NCBI RefSeq assembly: GCF_009914755.1
Contig: NC_060948.1
From: the human T2T-CHM13v2.0 reference genome, Homo sapiens
Direction: 5' to 3' (one strand)
Length of the DNA stretch: 64,000 nucleotides
Part shown: positions 1 through 11,932 of the stretch, in pieces
Position numbering within the stretch: the first letter of the stretch is position 1
Layout: each line of letters starts with the position of its first letter
Position numbers and translations under genes: made by a program
Notes under the pieces: generated by a model
Told to the model about the DNA's origin: nothing
Database searches by the model: none
The model's input: the letters and a program-made list of their open reading frames with translations, nothing else

Positions 1-1220
1 GAAGGGAATAGAATAGACGGTAATGGAATGGACTCGAATAGAATGGACACGAATGCTGAAATTGAATGGACTCGAATGGAATGGAAACGAAAGGAATGTC
101 ATCGAATGGAATTGAATCGATTGGAATGAAATCGCATAGAATGGAGTGGAATCAAATGGAATTGAATCGAAAGGAAAGGAAGCGAATGGACTGAAATGAA
201 ATGGAATGGAATTGAATGGAAAGTAATGCAATGGAATAGAATGGAACGAAATTTCACGGAATGGAATCAAACTGAATGGAATCAAATCAATGGAATCAAA
301 TCAAATGGAATGGAAAGGAATTGAATGGAGTAGATTGGATTGGATGGGATTGGAATGAAATGTACTGGAAAGGACTCGAATTTCATGAAACGGAATGGAA
401 TGAATTGGAACGGAATGGACTCGAATGGAATGGAATGTCATGGAATGGCATCAAATGGAATGGCATCAAATGGAATGGAATCGAATGCAATGGAATGCTA
501 TGGAATGGAATGGAATGCATTGGAATGGAATGTCCTCTAATGGAATGGATTCGAGTGGAATGGAATCGAATATAATGGAGTCGAATGAAATGGAATTGAA
601 AGGAGTGGGATCGAATACAATGGAATATACTGGAATGTAATGTAATGAACTCGAATGTAATTGACTGGAATGGAATGTACATGAATGGAATGTAATCGAA
701 TGGAAAGTAATCCAATGGAATAGAATCTAATGCAATAAAACCGACTCAGATAGAGTAGAATGTAATGGAATGGAGTGCAGTGCAATGGAATGGAATGGAA
801 TGGAATGCAATGGAATGGAATGGAATGGAATGGAATGGAATGGAATGGAATGGAATGGGATGGAATGGGATGGAATGGATAGTAATGGACTGGAGTGAAA
901 TGGACTGGAAAGGAATGGACTCAAATTGAAAGGGCTCGAAAGGAATGGAGTCAAATGGAATGGTCTGGAATGGAATGAACACGAATGTAATGCAATCCAA
1001 TAGAATGGAATCGAATGGCATGGAATATAAAGAAATGGAATCGAAGAGAATGGAAACAAATGGAATGGAATTGAATGGAATGGAATTGAATGGAATGGGA
1101 ACGAATGGAGTGAAATTGTATGCAGTAGAAGGGAATAGAATGGAATGCAAGCGAAAGGAAAGGAATGGATTGGAATGGAATGGAATTCATTGGAATGGAA
1201 GGGAATGTAGTGTAATGGAC
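1..1220 (+). repeat. Partial DYZ1 unit (last ~1.2 kb of a unit)
   Basis: Collinear with 3590-4814; ends at first AGGCCT landmark. Confidence 0.9.
781..880 (+). repeat. Near-pure (GGAAT)n microsatellite-like tract, one per full unit, length-variable
   Basis: Lies between GTGCAG and AGTAATGG/AGTAGTGG; span varies between units in 5-bp steps. Confidence 0.85.
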
Positions 1221-1596
1221 AGGCCTGGAATAAAGTGGAATGCTACGGTCTCGAATGGAATAAAAATGTATGGAATGGAATGCAAAGAAACGGAATCGAA
1301 TGTCATAGAATGTAATGGAATGCAAAAAAATGGAATCCAAAATCATTGACTGGAAAGGCTGGGTGTCGAAAGGAATTGACTCCAATGGAATGGAATCGAA
1401 TGGAATGGAAGTGAATAGAATCGAACTAAATCGAATGGAATGGAATTGATAGGAACGGAATGGAAAGGAATGCAATGATTTGGCATGGAATGGAATCGAA
1501 TGGCATCGAATGGAATGGAATGGAATGCAATGGAATGGAATGTATTAGAATGTAATGAACTTTAATGGAATGTACTCGAATGGATTCGACTGGAAT

Positions 1597-1611
1597 GGAA
1601 TGTTCTGGAAG
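1597..1611. promoter_or_regulatory. Perfect heat-shock element motif, site 1 (gGAAtgTTCtgGAAg); same position in each unit
   Basis: Exact match to the HSF consensus nGAAnnTTCnnGAAn; intact in 13 of 18 units by manual count. Binding is not shown by sequence alone. Confidence 0.6.
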
Positions 1612-1876
1612 TGAATGGACTCCAATGGAATGGATTCCAAAGGAATGGAATCGTACGGAATGGAATCTAATGGAATGGAATTAAATGGAAATGAATCAAA
1701 TTGAATAGCACGGAATTGAATTGAATGGAATGGAATGCAATGGAATCTAATGAAACGGAAAGGAAAGGAATGGAATGGAATGGAATGGGCTGGAATGGAA
1801 AGGAATCGAAACGAATGGAATGGAATCGAACTGAAGAGACTGGAATGGAATGCACTGGAATGGAAGGGAGTGTAAT

Positions 1877-1891
1877 GGAAGGTTCTCGAAA
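1877..1891. promoter_or_regulatory. Perfect heat-shock element motif, site 2 (gGAAggTTCtcGAAa); same position in each unit
   Basis: Exact consensus match; intact in all 18 units (type-A units change only a spacer base). Confidence 0.6.
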
Positions 1892-2922
1892 AAAATGGAA
1901 TCGAATGGAATGGAATTGAATGGAACGGAATAGAGTCGAATGGAATTGAATGGAATGGAATGGACTAGAGTGAAATGGAATCGAACCACAAGGAATGGAC
2001 AGGAATAGAATGGTCTCGAATTGAATGGAATCGTATGGAATGGCATCAAACGGAATGGAATGGACAGCCACGGAATGGAATGCACTCGAATGCAATGGAG
2101 TCGAAACTAATGGACTGGAATAGAATGGACTCGACTGGTACGGACTCCAATGGAATGGAATCGAATGGAAGGGAATCGAACGGAATGGACTCGAAGGGAA
2201 AAGACTGCAATGGAAAGGTCTCGAATGGAATGGAAATTAATGGAATGGAATGGAATCGAATGAAATGGAGTCAAAAGGAATGGAATCGAATGGCAAGAAA
2301 TCGAATGTAATGGAATCGCAAGGAATTGATGTGAACGGAACGGAATGGAATGGAATCCAAAGGAATGGAATAGAATGGAATGGAATCGAATGGAAAGGAC
2401 TCGAATGGAAATCACTCGAATAGAATGCAATTTAATAAAATAGGATCAAATGTAATGGAATGGAATGGAAAGGAATCGAAACGAAAGGAATGGAGACAGA
2501 TGGAATGGAATGGAACAGAGAGCAATGGTATAGAATGGAATGGAATCATCTGGAATGGAATTGAATGGAATGGAATAATATGAAATGGAATGGAATGGAA
2601 TGGAATGGAATGGAATGCCCTTGAATTAAATGGACTGGAATGGAATGGACTCGAACAGAGTGGAATGGAAAGTGTTGAGATAGAATGGAATGGACTCCTT
2701 TGGAATGGACTCCTTTGGAATGGTGTAGTATGCAATGCAATCGACTGGCAGGGAATCAAAAGGAATGTAATGGAATGGATTGGACTGGAATGCAATGGAC
2801 TCGAATAGATTGGAAACGGAATGCAAAGGAATGGAATGGAATAGTATGGAATGGAATGGAAAGGAATGGAGTGGAATAGACTAGAGTGGAATGGAATGGA
2901 CTGGAAAGCAATGGACTGGAAT

Positions 2923-2937
2923 GGAACTTTCTTGAAT
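2923..2937. promoter_or_regulatory. Perfect heat-shock element motif, site 3 (gGAActTTCttGAAt); same position in each unit
   Basis: Exact consensus match; intact in 16 of 18 units. Confidence 0.6.
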
Positions 2938-4814
2938 GGACTGGAATCAAACGGAATGGAATGCAATGCAATCAAATGGCATGGAATAAAATAGAATGAA
3001 AGAGAATCAAATGGAATTGAATCGAATGGAATCGAATGGATTGGAAAGGAATAGAATGGAATGGAATGGAATTGACTCAAATGGAATGGACTAGAATGGA
3101 ATGGATTCGAATGGAAGGCAAAGGAATGGAATCTATTGGAATGGACTGTAATGGAATGGAATGGAAGGGATTGGAATGGACTCGAATGGAATGGACTGCA
3201 ATAGAAAGGATTCGAATGGAATGAAAAAGAATTGAATGGAATAGAACAGAATGGAATCAAATCGAATGAAATGGAATGGAATAGAAAGGAATGGAATGAA
3301 ATGGAATGGAAAGGATTCGAATGGAATGCAATCGAATGGAATGGAATCGAACGGAATGGAATAAAATGGAAGAAAACTGGCAAGAAATGGAATCGAAATG
3401 AATGGAGTGTTATGGAACGGACTCAAAAGGAATTGAATGTAATAGAATGGAGTGGAGTGGACTCGAATATAATGGACTGGAATGGAATGAAATCACATGG
3501 AATGGGAACGAATGGAATGGAATGGAAAGGAATGGAATCGAATGGAAAGGAATCGAATGGAAGGGAATGAAATTGAATCAACAGGAATGGAAGGGAATAG
3601 AATAGACGGTAATGGAATGGACTCGAATAGAATGGACACGAATGCTCAAATTGAATGGACTCGAATGGAATGGAAACGAAAGGAATGTCATCGAATGGAA
3701 TTGAATCGATTGGAATGAAATCGCATAGAATGGAGTGGAATCAAATGGAATTGAATCGAAAGGAAAGGAAGCGAATGGACTGAAATGAAATGGAATGGAA
3801 TTGAATGGAAAGTAATGCAATGGAATAGAATGGAATGAAATTTCACGGAATGGAATCAAACTGAATGGAATCAAATCAATGGAATCAAATCAAATGGAAT
3901 GGAAAGGAATTGAATGGAGTAGATTGGATTCGATGGGATTGGAATGAAATGTCCTGGAAAGGACTCGAATTTCATGAAACGGAATGGAATGAATTGGAAC
4001 GGAATGGACTCGAATGGAATGGAATGTCATGGAATGGCATCAAATGGAATGGCATCAAATGGAATGGAATCGAATGCAATGGAATGCTATGGAATGGAAT
4101 GGAATGCATTGGAATGGAATGTCCTCTAATGGAATGGATTCGAGTGGAATGGAATCGAATATAATGGAGTCGAATGAAATGGAATTGAAAGGAGTGGGAT
4201 CGAATACAATGGAATATACTGGAATGTAATGTAATGAACTCGAATATAATTGACTGGAATGGAATGTACATGAATGGAATGTAATCGAATGGAAAGTAAT
4301 CCAATGGAATAGAATCTAATGCAATAAAACCGACTCAGATAGAGTAGAATGTAATGGAATGGAGTGCAGTGCAATGGAATGGAATGGAATGGAATGCAAT
4401 GGAATGGAATGGAATGGAATGGAATGGAATGGAATGGAATGGAATGGAATGGGATGGAATGGTATGGAATGGATAGTAATGGACTGGAGTGAAATGGACT
4501 GGAAAGGAATGGACTCAAATTGAAAGGGCTCGAAAGGAATGGAGTCAAATGGAATGGTCTGGAATGGAATGAACACGAATGTAATGCAATCCAATAGAAT
4601 GGAATCGAATGGCATGGAATATAAAGAAATGGAATCGAAGAGAATGGAAACAAATGGAATGGAATTGAATGGAATGGAATTGAATGGAATGGGAACGAAT
4701 GGAGTGAAATTGTATGCAGTAGAAGGGAATAGAATGGAATGCAAGCGAAAGGAAAGGAATGGATTGGAATGGAATGGAATTCATTGGAATGGAAGGGAAT
4801 GTAGTGTAATGGAC

Positions 4815-7800
4815 AGGCCTGGAATAAAGTGGAATGCTACGGTCTCGAATGGAATAAAAATGTATGGAATGGAATGCAATGAAACGGAATCGAATGTCAT
4901 AGAATGTAATGGAATGCAACAAAATGGAATCCAAAATCATTGACTGGAAAGGCTGGGTGTCGAAAGGAATTGACTCCAATGGAATGGAATCGAATGGAAT
5001 GGAAGTGAATAGAATCGAACTAAATCGAATGGAATGGAATTGATAGGAACGGAATGGAAAGGAATGCAATGATTTGGCATGGAATGGAATCGAATGGCAT
5101 CGAATGGAATGGAATGGAATGCAATGGAATGGAATGTATTAGAATGTAATGAACTTTAATGGAATGTACTCGAATGGATTCGACTGGAATGGAATGTTCT
5201 GGAAGTGAATGGACTCCAATGGAATGGATTCAAAAGGAATGGAATCGTACGGAATGGAATCTAATGGAATGGAATTAAATGGAAATGAATCAAATTGAAT
5301 AGCACGGAATTGAATTGAATGGAATGGAATGCAATGGAATCTAATGAAACGGAAAGGAAAGGAATGGAATGGAATGGAATGGGCTGGAATGGAAAGGAAT
5401 CGAAACGAATGGAATGGAATCGAACTGAAGAGACTGGAATGGAATGCACTGGAATGGAAGGGAGTGTAATGGAAGGTTCTCGAAAAAAATGGAATCGAAT
5501 GGAATGGAATTGAATGGAACGGAATAGAGTCGAATGGAATTGAATGGAATGGAATGGACTAGAGTGAAATGGAATCGAACCACAAGGAATGGACAGGAAT
5601 AGAATGGTCTCGAATTGAATGGAATCGTATGGAATGGCATCAAACGGAATGGAATGGACAGCCACGGAATGGAATGCACTCGAATGCAATGGAGTCGAAA
5701 CTAATGGACTGGAATAGAATGGACTCGACTGGTACGGACTCCAATGGAATGGAATCGAATGGAAGGGAATCGAACGGAATGGACTCGAAGGGAAAAGACT
5801 GCAATGGAAAGGTCTCGAATGGAATGGAAATTAATGGAATGGAATGGAATCGAATGAAATGGAGTCAAAAGGAATGGAATCGAATGGCAAGAAATCGAAT
5901 GTAATGGAATCGCAAGGAATTGATGTGAACGGAACGGAATGGAATGGAATCCAAAGGAATGGAATAGAATGGAATGGAATCGAATGGAAAGGACTCGAAT
6001 GGAAATCACTCGAATAGAATGCAATTTAATAAAATAGGATCAAATGTAATGGAATGGAATGGAAAGGAATCGAAACGAAAGGAATGGAGACAGATGGAAT
6101 GGAATGGAACAGAGAGCAATGGTATAGAATGGAATGGAATCATCTGGAATGGAATTGAATGGAATGGAATAATATGAAATGGAATGGAATGGAATGGAAT
6201 GGAATGCCCTTGAATTAAATGGACTGGAATGGAATGGACTCGAACAGAGTGGAATGGAAAGTGTTGAGATAGAATGGAATGGACTCCTTTGGAATGGTGT
6301 AGTATGCAATGCAATCGACTGGCAGGGAATCAAAAGGAATGTAATGGAATGGATTGGACTGGAATGCAATGGACTCGAATAGATTGGAAACGGAATGCAA
6401 AGGAATGGAATGGAATAGTATGGAATGGAATGGAAAGGAATGGAGTGGAATAGACTAGAGTGGAATGGAATGGACTGGAAAGCAATGGACTGGAATGGAA
6501 CTTTCTTGAATGGACTGGAATCAAACGGAATGGAATGCAATGCAATCAAATGGCATGGAATAAAATAGAATGAAAGAGAATCAAATGGAATTGAATCGAA
6601 TGGAATCGAATGGATTGGAAAGGAATAGAATGGAATGGAATGGAATGGACTAGAATGGAATGGATTCGAATGGAAGGCAAAGGAATGGAATCTATTGGAA
6701 TGGACTGTAATGGAATGGAATGGAAGGGATTGGAATGGACTCGAATGGAATGGACTGCAATAGAAAGGATTCGAATGGAATGAAAAAGAATTGAATGGAA
6801 TAGAACAGAATGGAATGAAATCGAATGAAATGGAATGGAATAGAAAGGAATGGAATGAAATGGAATGGAAAGGATTCGAATGGAATGCAATCGAATGGAA
6901 TGGAATCGAACGGAATGGAATAAAATGGAAGAAAACTGGCAAGAAATGGAATCGAAATGAATGGAGTGTTATGGAACGGACTCAAAAGGAATTGAATGTA
7001 ATAGAATGGAGTGGAGTGGACTCGAATATAATGGACTGGAATGGAATGAAATCACATGGAATGGGAACGAATGGAATGGAATGGAAAGGAATGGAATCGA
7101 ATGGAAAGGAAACGAACGGAAGGGAATGAAATTGAATCAACAGGAATGGAAGGGAATAGAATAGACGGTAATGGAATGGACTCGAATAGAATGGACACGA
7201 ATGCTGAAATCGAATGGACTCGAATGGAATGGAAACGAAAGGAATGTCATCGAATGGAATTGAATCGATTGGAATGAAATCGCATAGAATGGAGTGGAAT
7301 CAAATGGAATTGAATCGAAAGGAAAGGAAGCGAATGGACTGAAATGAAATGGAATGGAATTGAATGGAAAGTAATGCAATGGAATAGAATGGAACAAAAT
7401 TTCACGGAATGGAATCAAACTGAATGGAATCAAATCAATGGAATCAAATCAAATGGAATGGAAAGGAATTGAATGGAGTAGATTGGATTGGATGGGATTG
7501 GAATGAAATGTACTGGAAAGGACTCGAATTTCATGAAACGGAATGGAATGAATTGGAACGGAATGGACTCGAATGGAATGGAATGTCATGGAATGGCATC
7601 AAATGGAATGGTATCAAATGGAATGGAATCGAATGCAATGGAATGCTATGGAATGGAATGGAATGCATTGGAATGGAATGTCCTCTAATGGAATGGATTC
7701 GAGTGGAATGGAATCGAATATAATGGAGTCGAATGAAATGGAATTGAAAGGAATGGGATCGAATACAATGGAATATACTGGAATGTAATGTAATGAACTC

Positions 7801-8353
7801 GAATGTAATTGACTGGAATGGAATGTACATGAATGGAATGTAATCGAATGGAAAGTAATCCAATGGAATAGAATCTAATGCAATAAAATCGACTCAGATA
7901 GAGTAGAATGTAATGGAATGGAGTGTAGTGCAATGGAATGGAATGGAATGGAATGCAATTGAATGGAATGGAATGGAATGGAATGGAATGGGATGGAATG
8001 GTATGGAATGGATAGTAATGGACTGGAGTGAAATGGACTGGAAAGGAATGGACTCAAATTGAAAGGGCTCGAAAGGAATGGAGTCAAATGGAATGGTCTG
8101 GAATGGAATGAACACGAATGTAATGCAATCCGATAGAATGGAATCGAATGGCATGGAATATAAAGAAATGGAATCGAAGAGAATGGAAACAAATGGAATG
8201 GAATTGAATGGAATGGAATTGAATGGAATGCGAACGAATGGAGTGAAATTGTATGCAGTAGAAGGGAATAGAATGGAATGCAAGCGAAAGGAAAGGAATG
8301 GATTGGAATGGAATGGAATTCATTGGAATGGAAGGGAATGTAGTGTAATGGAC
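4815..8353 (+). repeat. DYZ1 unit 2 (3539 bp; 15-bp deletion near 6640, shortest pure-GGAAT tract)
   Basis: Landmark spacing; lacks TTGACTCAAATGGAA present in other units. Confidence 0.9.
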
Positions 8354-11300
8354 AGGCCTGGAATAAAGTGGAATGCTACGGTCTCGAATGGAATAAAAAT
8401 GTATGGAATGGAATGCAATGAAACGGAATCGAATGTCATAGAATGTAATGGAATGCAAAAAAATGGAATCCAAAATCATTGACTGGAAAGGCTGGGTGTC
8501 GAAAGGAATTGACTCCAATGGAATGGAATCGAATGGAATGGAAGTGAATAGAATCGAACTAAATCGAATGGAATGGAATTGATAGGAACGGAATGGAAAG
8601 GAATGCAATGATTTGGCATGGAATGGAATCGAATGGCATCGAATGGAATGGAATGGAATGCAATGGAATGGAATGTATTAGAATGTAATGAACTTTAATG
8701 GAATGTACTCGAATGGATTCGACTGGAATGGAATGTTCTGGAAGTGAATGGACTCCAATGGAATGGATTCCAAAGGAATGGAATCGTACGGAATGGAATC
8801 TAATGGAATGGAATTAAATGGAAATGAATCAAATTGAATAGCACGGAATTGAATTGAATGGAATGGAATGCAATGGAATCTAATGAAACTGAAAGGAAAG
8901 GAATGGAATGGAATGGAATGGGCTGGAATGGAAAGGAATCGAAATGAATGGAATGGAATCGAACTGAAGAGACTGGAATGGAATGCACTGGAATGGAAGG
9001 GAGTGTAATGGAAGGTTCTCGAAAAAAATGGAATCGAATGGAATGGAATTGAATGGAACGGAATAGAGTCGAATGGAATTGAATGGAATGGAATGGACTA
9101 GAGTGAAATGGAATCGAACCACAAGGAATGGAGAGCAATAGAATGGTCTCGAATTGAATGGAATCGTATGGAATGGCATCAAACGGAATGGAATGGACAG
9201 CCACGGAATGGAATGCACTCGAATGCAATGGAGTCGAAACTAATGGACTGGAATAGAATGGACTCGACTGGTACGGACTCCAATGGAATGGAATCGAATG
9301 GAAGGGAATCGAACGGAATGGACTCGAAGGGAAAAGACTGCAATGGAAAGGTCTCGAATGGAATGGAAATTAATGGAATGGAATGGAATCGAATGAAATG
9401 GAGTCAAAAGGAATGGAATCGAATGGCAAGAAATCGAATGTAATGGAATCGCAAGGAATTGATGTGAACGGAACGGAATGGAATGGAATCCAAAGGAATG
9501 GAATAGAATGGAATGGAATCGAATGGAAAGGACTCGAATGGAAATCACTCGAATAGAATGCAATTTAATAAAATAGGATCAAATGTAATGGAATGGAATG
9601 GAAAGGAATCGAAACGAAAGGAATGGAGACAGATGGAATGGAATGGAACAGAGAGCAATGGTATAGAATGGAATGGAATCATCTGGAATGGAATTGAATG
9701 GAATGGAATAATATGAAATGGAATGGAATGGAATGGAATGGAATGCCCTTGAATTAAATGGACTGGAATGGAATGGACTCGAACAGAGTGTAATGGAAAG
9801 TGTTGAGATAGAATGGAATGGACTCCTTTGGAATGGTGTAGTATGCAATGCAATCGACTGGCAGGGAATCAAAAGGAATGTAATGGAATGGATTGGACTG
9901 GAATGCAATGGACTCGAATAGATTGGAAACGGAATGCAAAGGAATGGAATGGAATAGTATGGAATGGAATGGAAAGGAATGGAGTGGAATAGACTAGAGT
10001 GGAATGGAATGGACTGGAAAGCAATGGACTGGAATGGAACTTTCTTGAATGGACTGGAATCAAACGGAATGGAATGCAATGCAATCAAATGGCATGGAAT
10101 AAAATAGAATGAAAGAGAATCAAATGGAATTGAATCGAATGGAATCGAATGGATTGGAAAGGAATAGAATGGAATGGAATGGAATTCACTCAAATGGAAT
10201 GGACTAGAATGGAATGGATTCGAATGGAAGGCAAAGGAATGGAATCTATTGGAATGGACTGTAATGGAATGGAATGGAAGGGATTGGAATGGACTCGAAT
10301 GGAATGGACTGCAATAGAAAGGATTCGAATGGAATGAAAAAGAATTGAATGGAATAGAACAGAATGGAATCAAATCGAATGAAATGGAATGGAATAGAAA
10401 GGAATGGAATGAAATAGAATGGAAAGGATTCGAATGGAATGCAATCGAATGGAATGGAATCGAACGGAATGGAATAAAATGGAAGAAAACTGGCAAGAAA
10501 TGGAATCGAAATGAATGGAGTGTTATGGAACGGACTCAAAAGGAATTGAATGTAATAGAATGGAGTGGAGTGGACTCGAATATAATGGACTGGAATGGAA
10601 TGAAATCACAAGGAATGGGAACGAATGGAATGGAATGGAAAGGAATGGAATCGAATGGAAAGGAATCGAATGGAAGGGAATGAAATTGAATCAACAGGAA
10701 TGGAAGGGAATAGAATAGACGGTAATGGAATGGACTCGAATAGAATGGACACGAATGCTCAAATTGAATGGACTCGAATGGAATGGAAACGAAAGGAATG
10801 TCATCGAATGGAATTGAATGGATTGGAATGAAATCGCATAGAATGGAGTGGAATCAAATGGAATTGAATCGAAAGGAAAGGAAGCGAATGGACTGAAATG
10901 AAATGGAATGGAATTGAATGGAAAGTAATGCAATGGAATAGAATGGAACGAAATTTCACGGAATGGAATCAAACTGAATGGAATCAAATCAATGGAATCA
11001 AATCAAATGGAATGGAAAGGAATTGAATGGAGTAGATTGGATTGGATGGGATTGGAATGAAATGTACTGGAAAGGACTCGAATTTCATGAAACGGAATGG
11101 AATGAATTGGAACGGAATGGACTCGAATGGAATGGAATGTCATGGAATGGCATCAAATGGAATGGCATCAAATGGAATGGAATCGAATGCAATGGAATGC
11201 TATGGAATGGAATGGAATGCATTGGAATGGAATGTCCTCTAATGGAATGGATTCGAGTGGAATGGAATCGAATATAATGGAGTCGAATGAAATGGAATTG

Positions 11301-11932
11301 AAAGGAATGGGATCGAATACAATGGAATATACTGGAATGTAATGTAATGAACTCGAATGTAATTGACTGGAATGGAATGTACATGAATGGAATGTAATCG
11401 AATGGAAAGTAATCCAATGGAATAGAATCTAATGCAATAAAATCGACTCAGATAGAGTAGAATGTAATGGAATGGAGTGCAGTGCAATGGAATGGAATGG
11501 AATGGAATGCAATGGAATGGAATGGAATGGAATGGAATGGAATGGAATGGAATGGAATGGGATGGAATGGGATGGAATGGTATGGAATGGATAGTAATGG
11601 ACTGGAGTGAAATGGACTGGAAAGGAATGGACTCAAATTGAAAGGGCTCGAAAGGAATGGAGTCAAATGGAATGGTCTGGAATGGAATGAACACGAATGT
11701 AATGCAATCCAATAGAATGGAATCGAATGGCATGGAATATAAAGAAATGGAATCGAAGAGAATGGAAACAAATGGAATGGAATTGAATGGAATGGAATTG
11801 AATGGAATGGGAACGAATGGAGTGAAATTGTATGCAGTAGAAGGGAATAGAATGGAATGCAAGCGAAAGGAAAGGAATGGATTGGAATGGAATGGAATTC
11901 ATTGGAATGGAAGGGAATGTAGTGTAATGGAC
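8354..11932 (+). repeat. DYZ1 unit 3 (3579 bp; extra EcoRI site at 10182)
   Basis: Landmark spacing; GGAATTCACT replaces GGAATTGACT. Confidence 0.9.

Larger units (their letters stand above)
1221..4814 (+). repeat. DYZ1 unit 1 (3594 bp; carries a 15-bp tandem duplication at 2687-2716)
   Basis: AGGCCT-to-AGGCCT spacing; recurring ORF-track pattern. Confidence 0.9.

Noticed and set aside
247-390. Additional HSE-like words GAAatTTCacGGA and GAAtTTCatGAA
   Set aside because: Each has only two correctly spaced nGAAn units, so neither was counted as a perfect HSE.
1229-1264. AATAAA polyadenylation-like hexamers (several per unit)
   Set aside because: These arise easily from GGAAT variants, and the sequence alone offers no transcript-end evidence.
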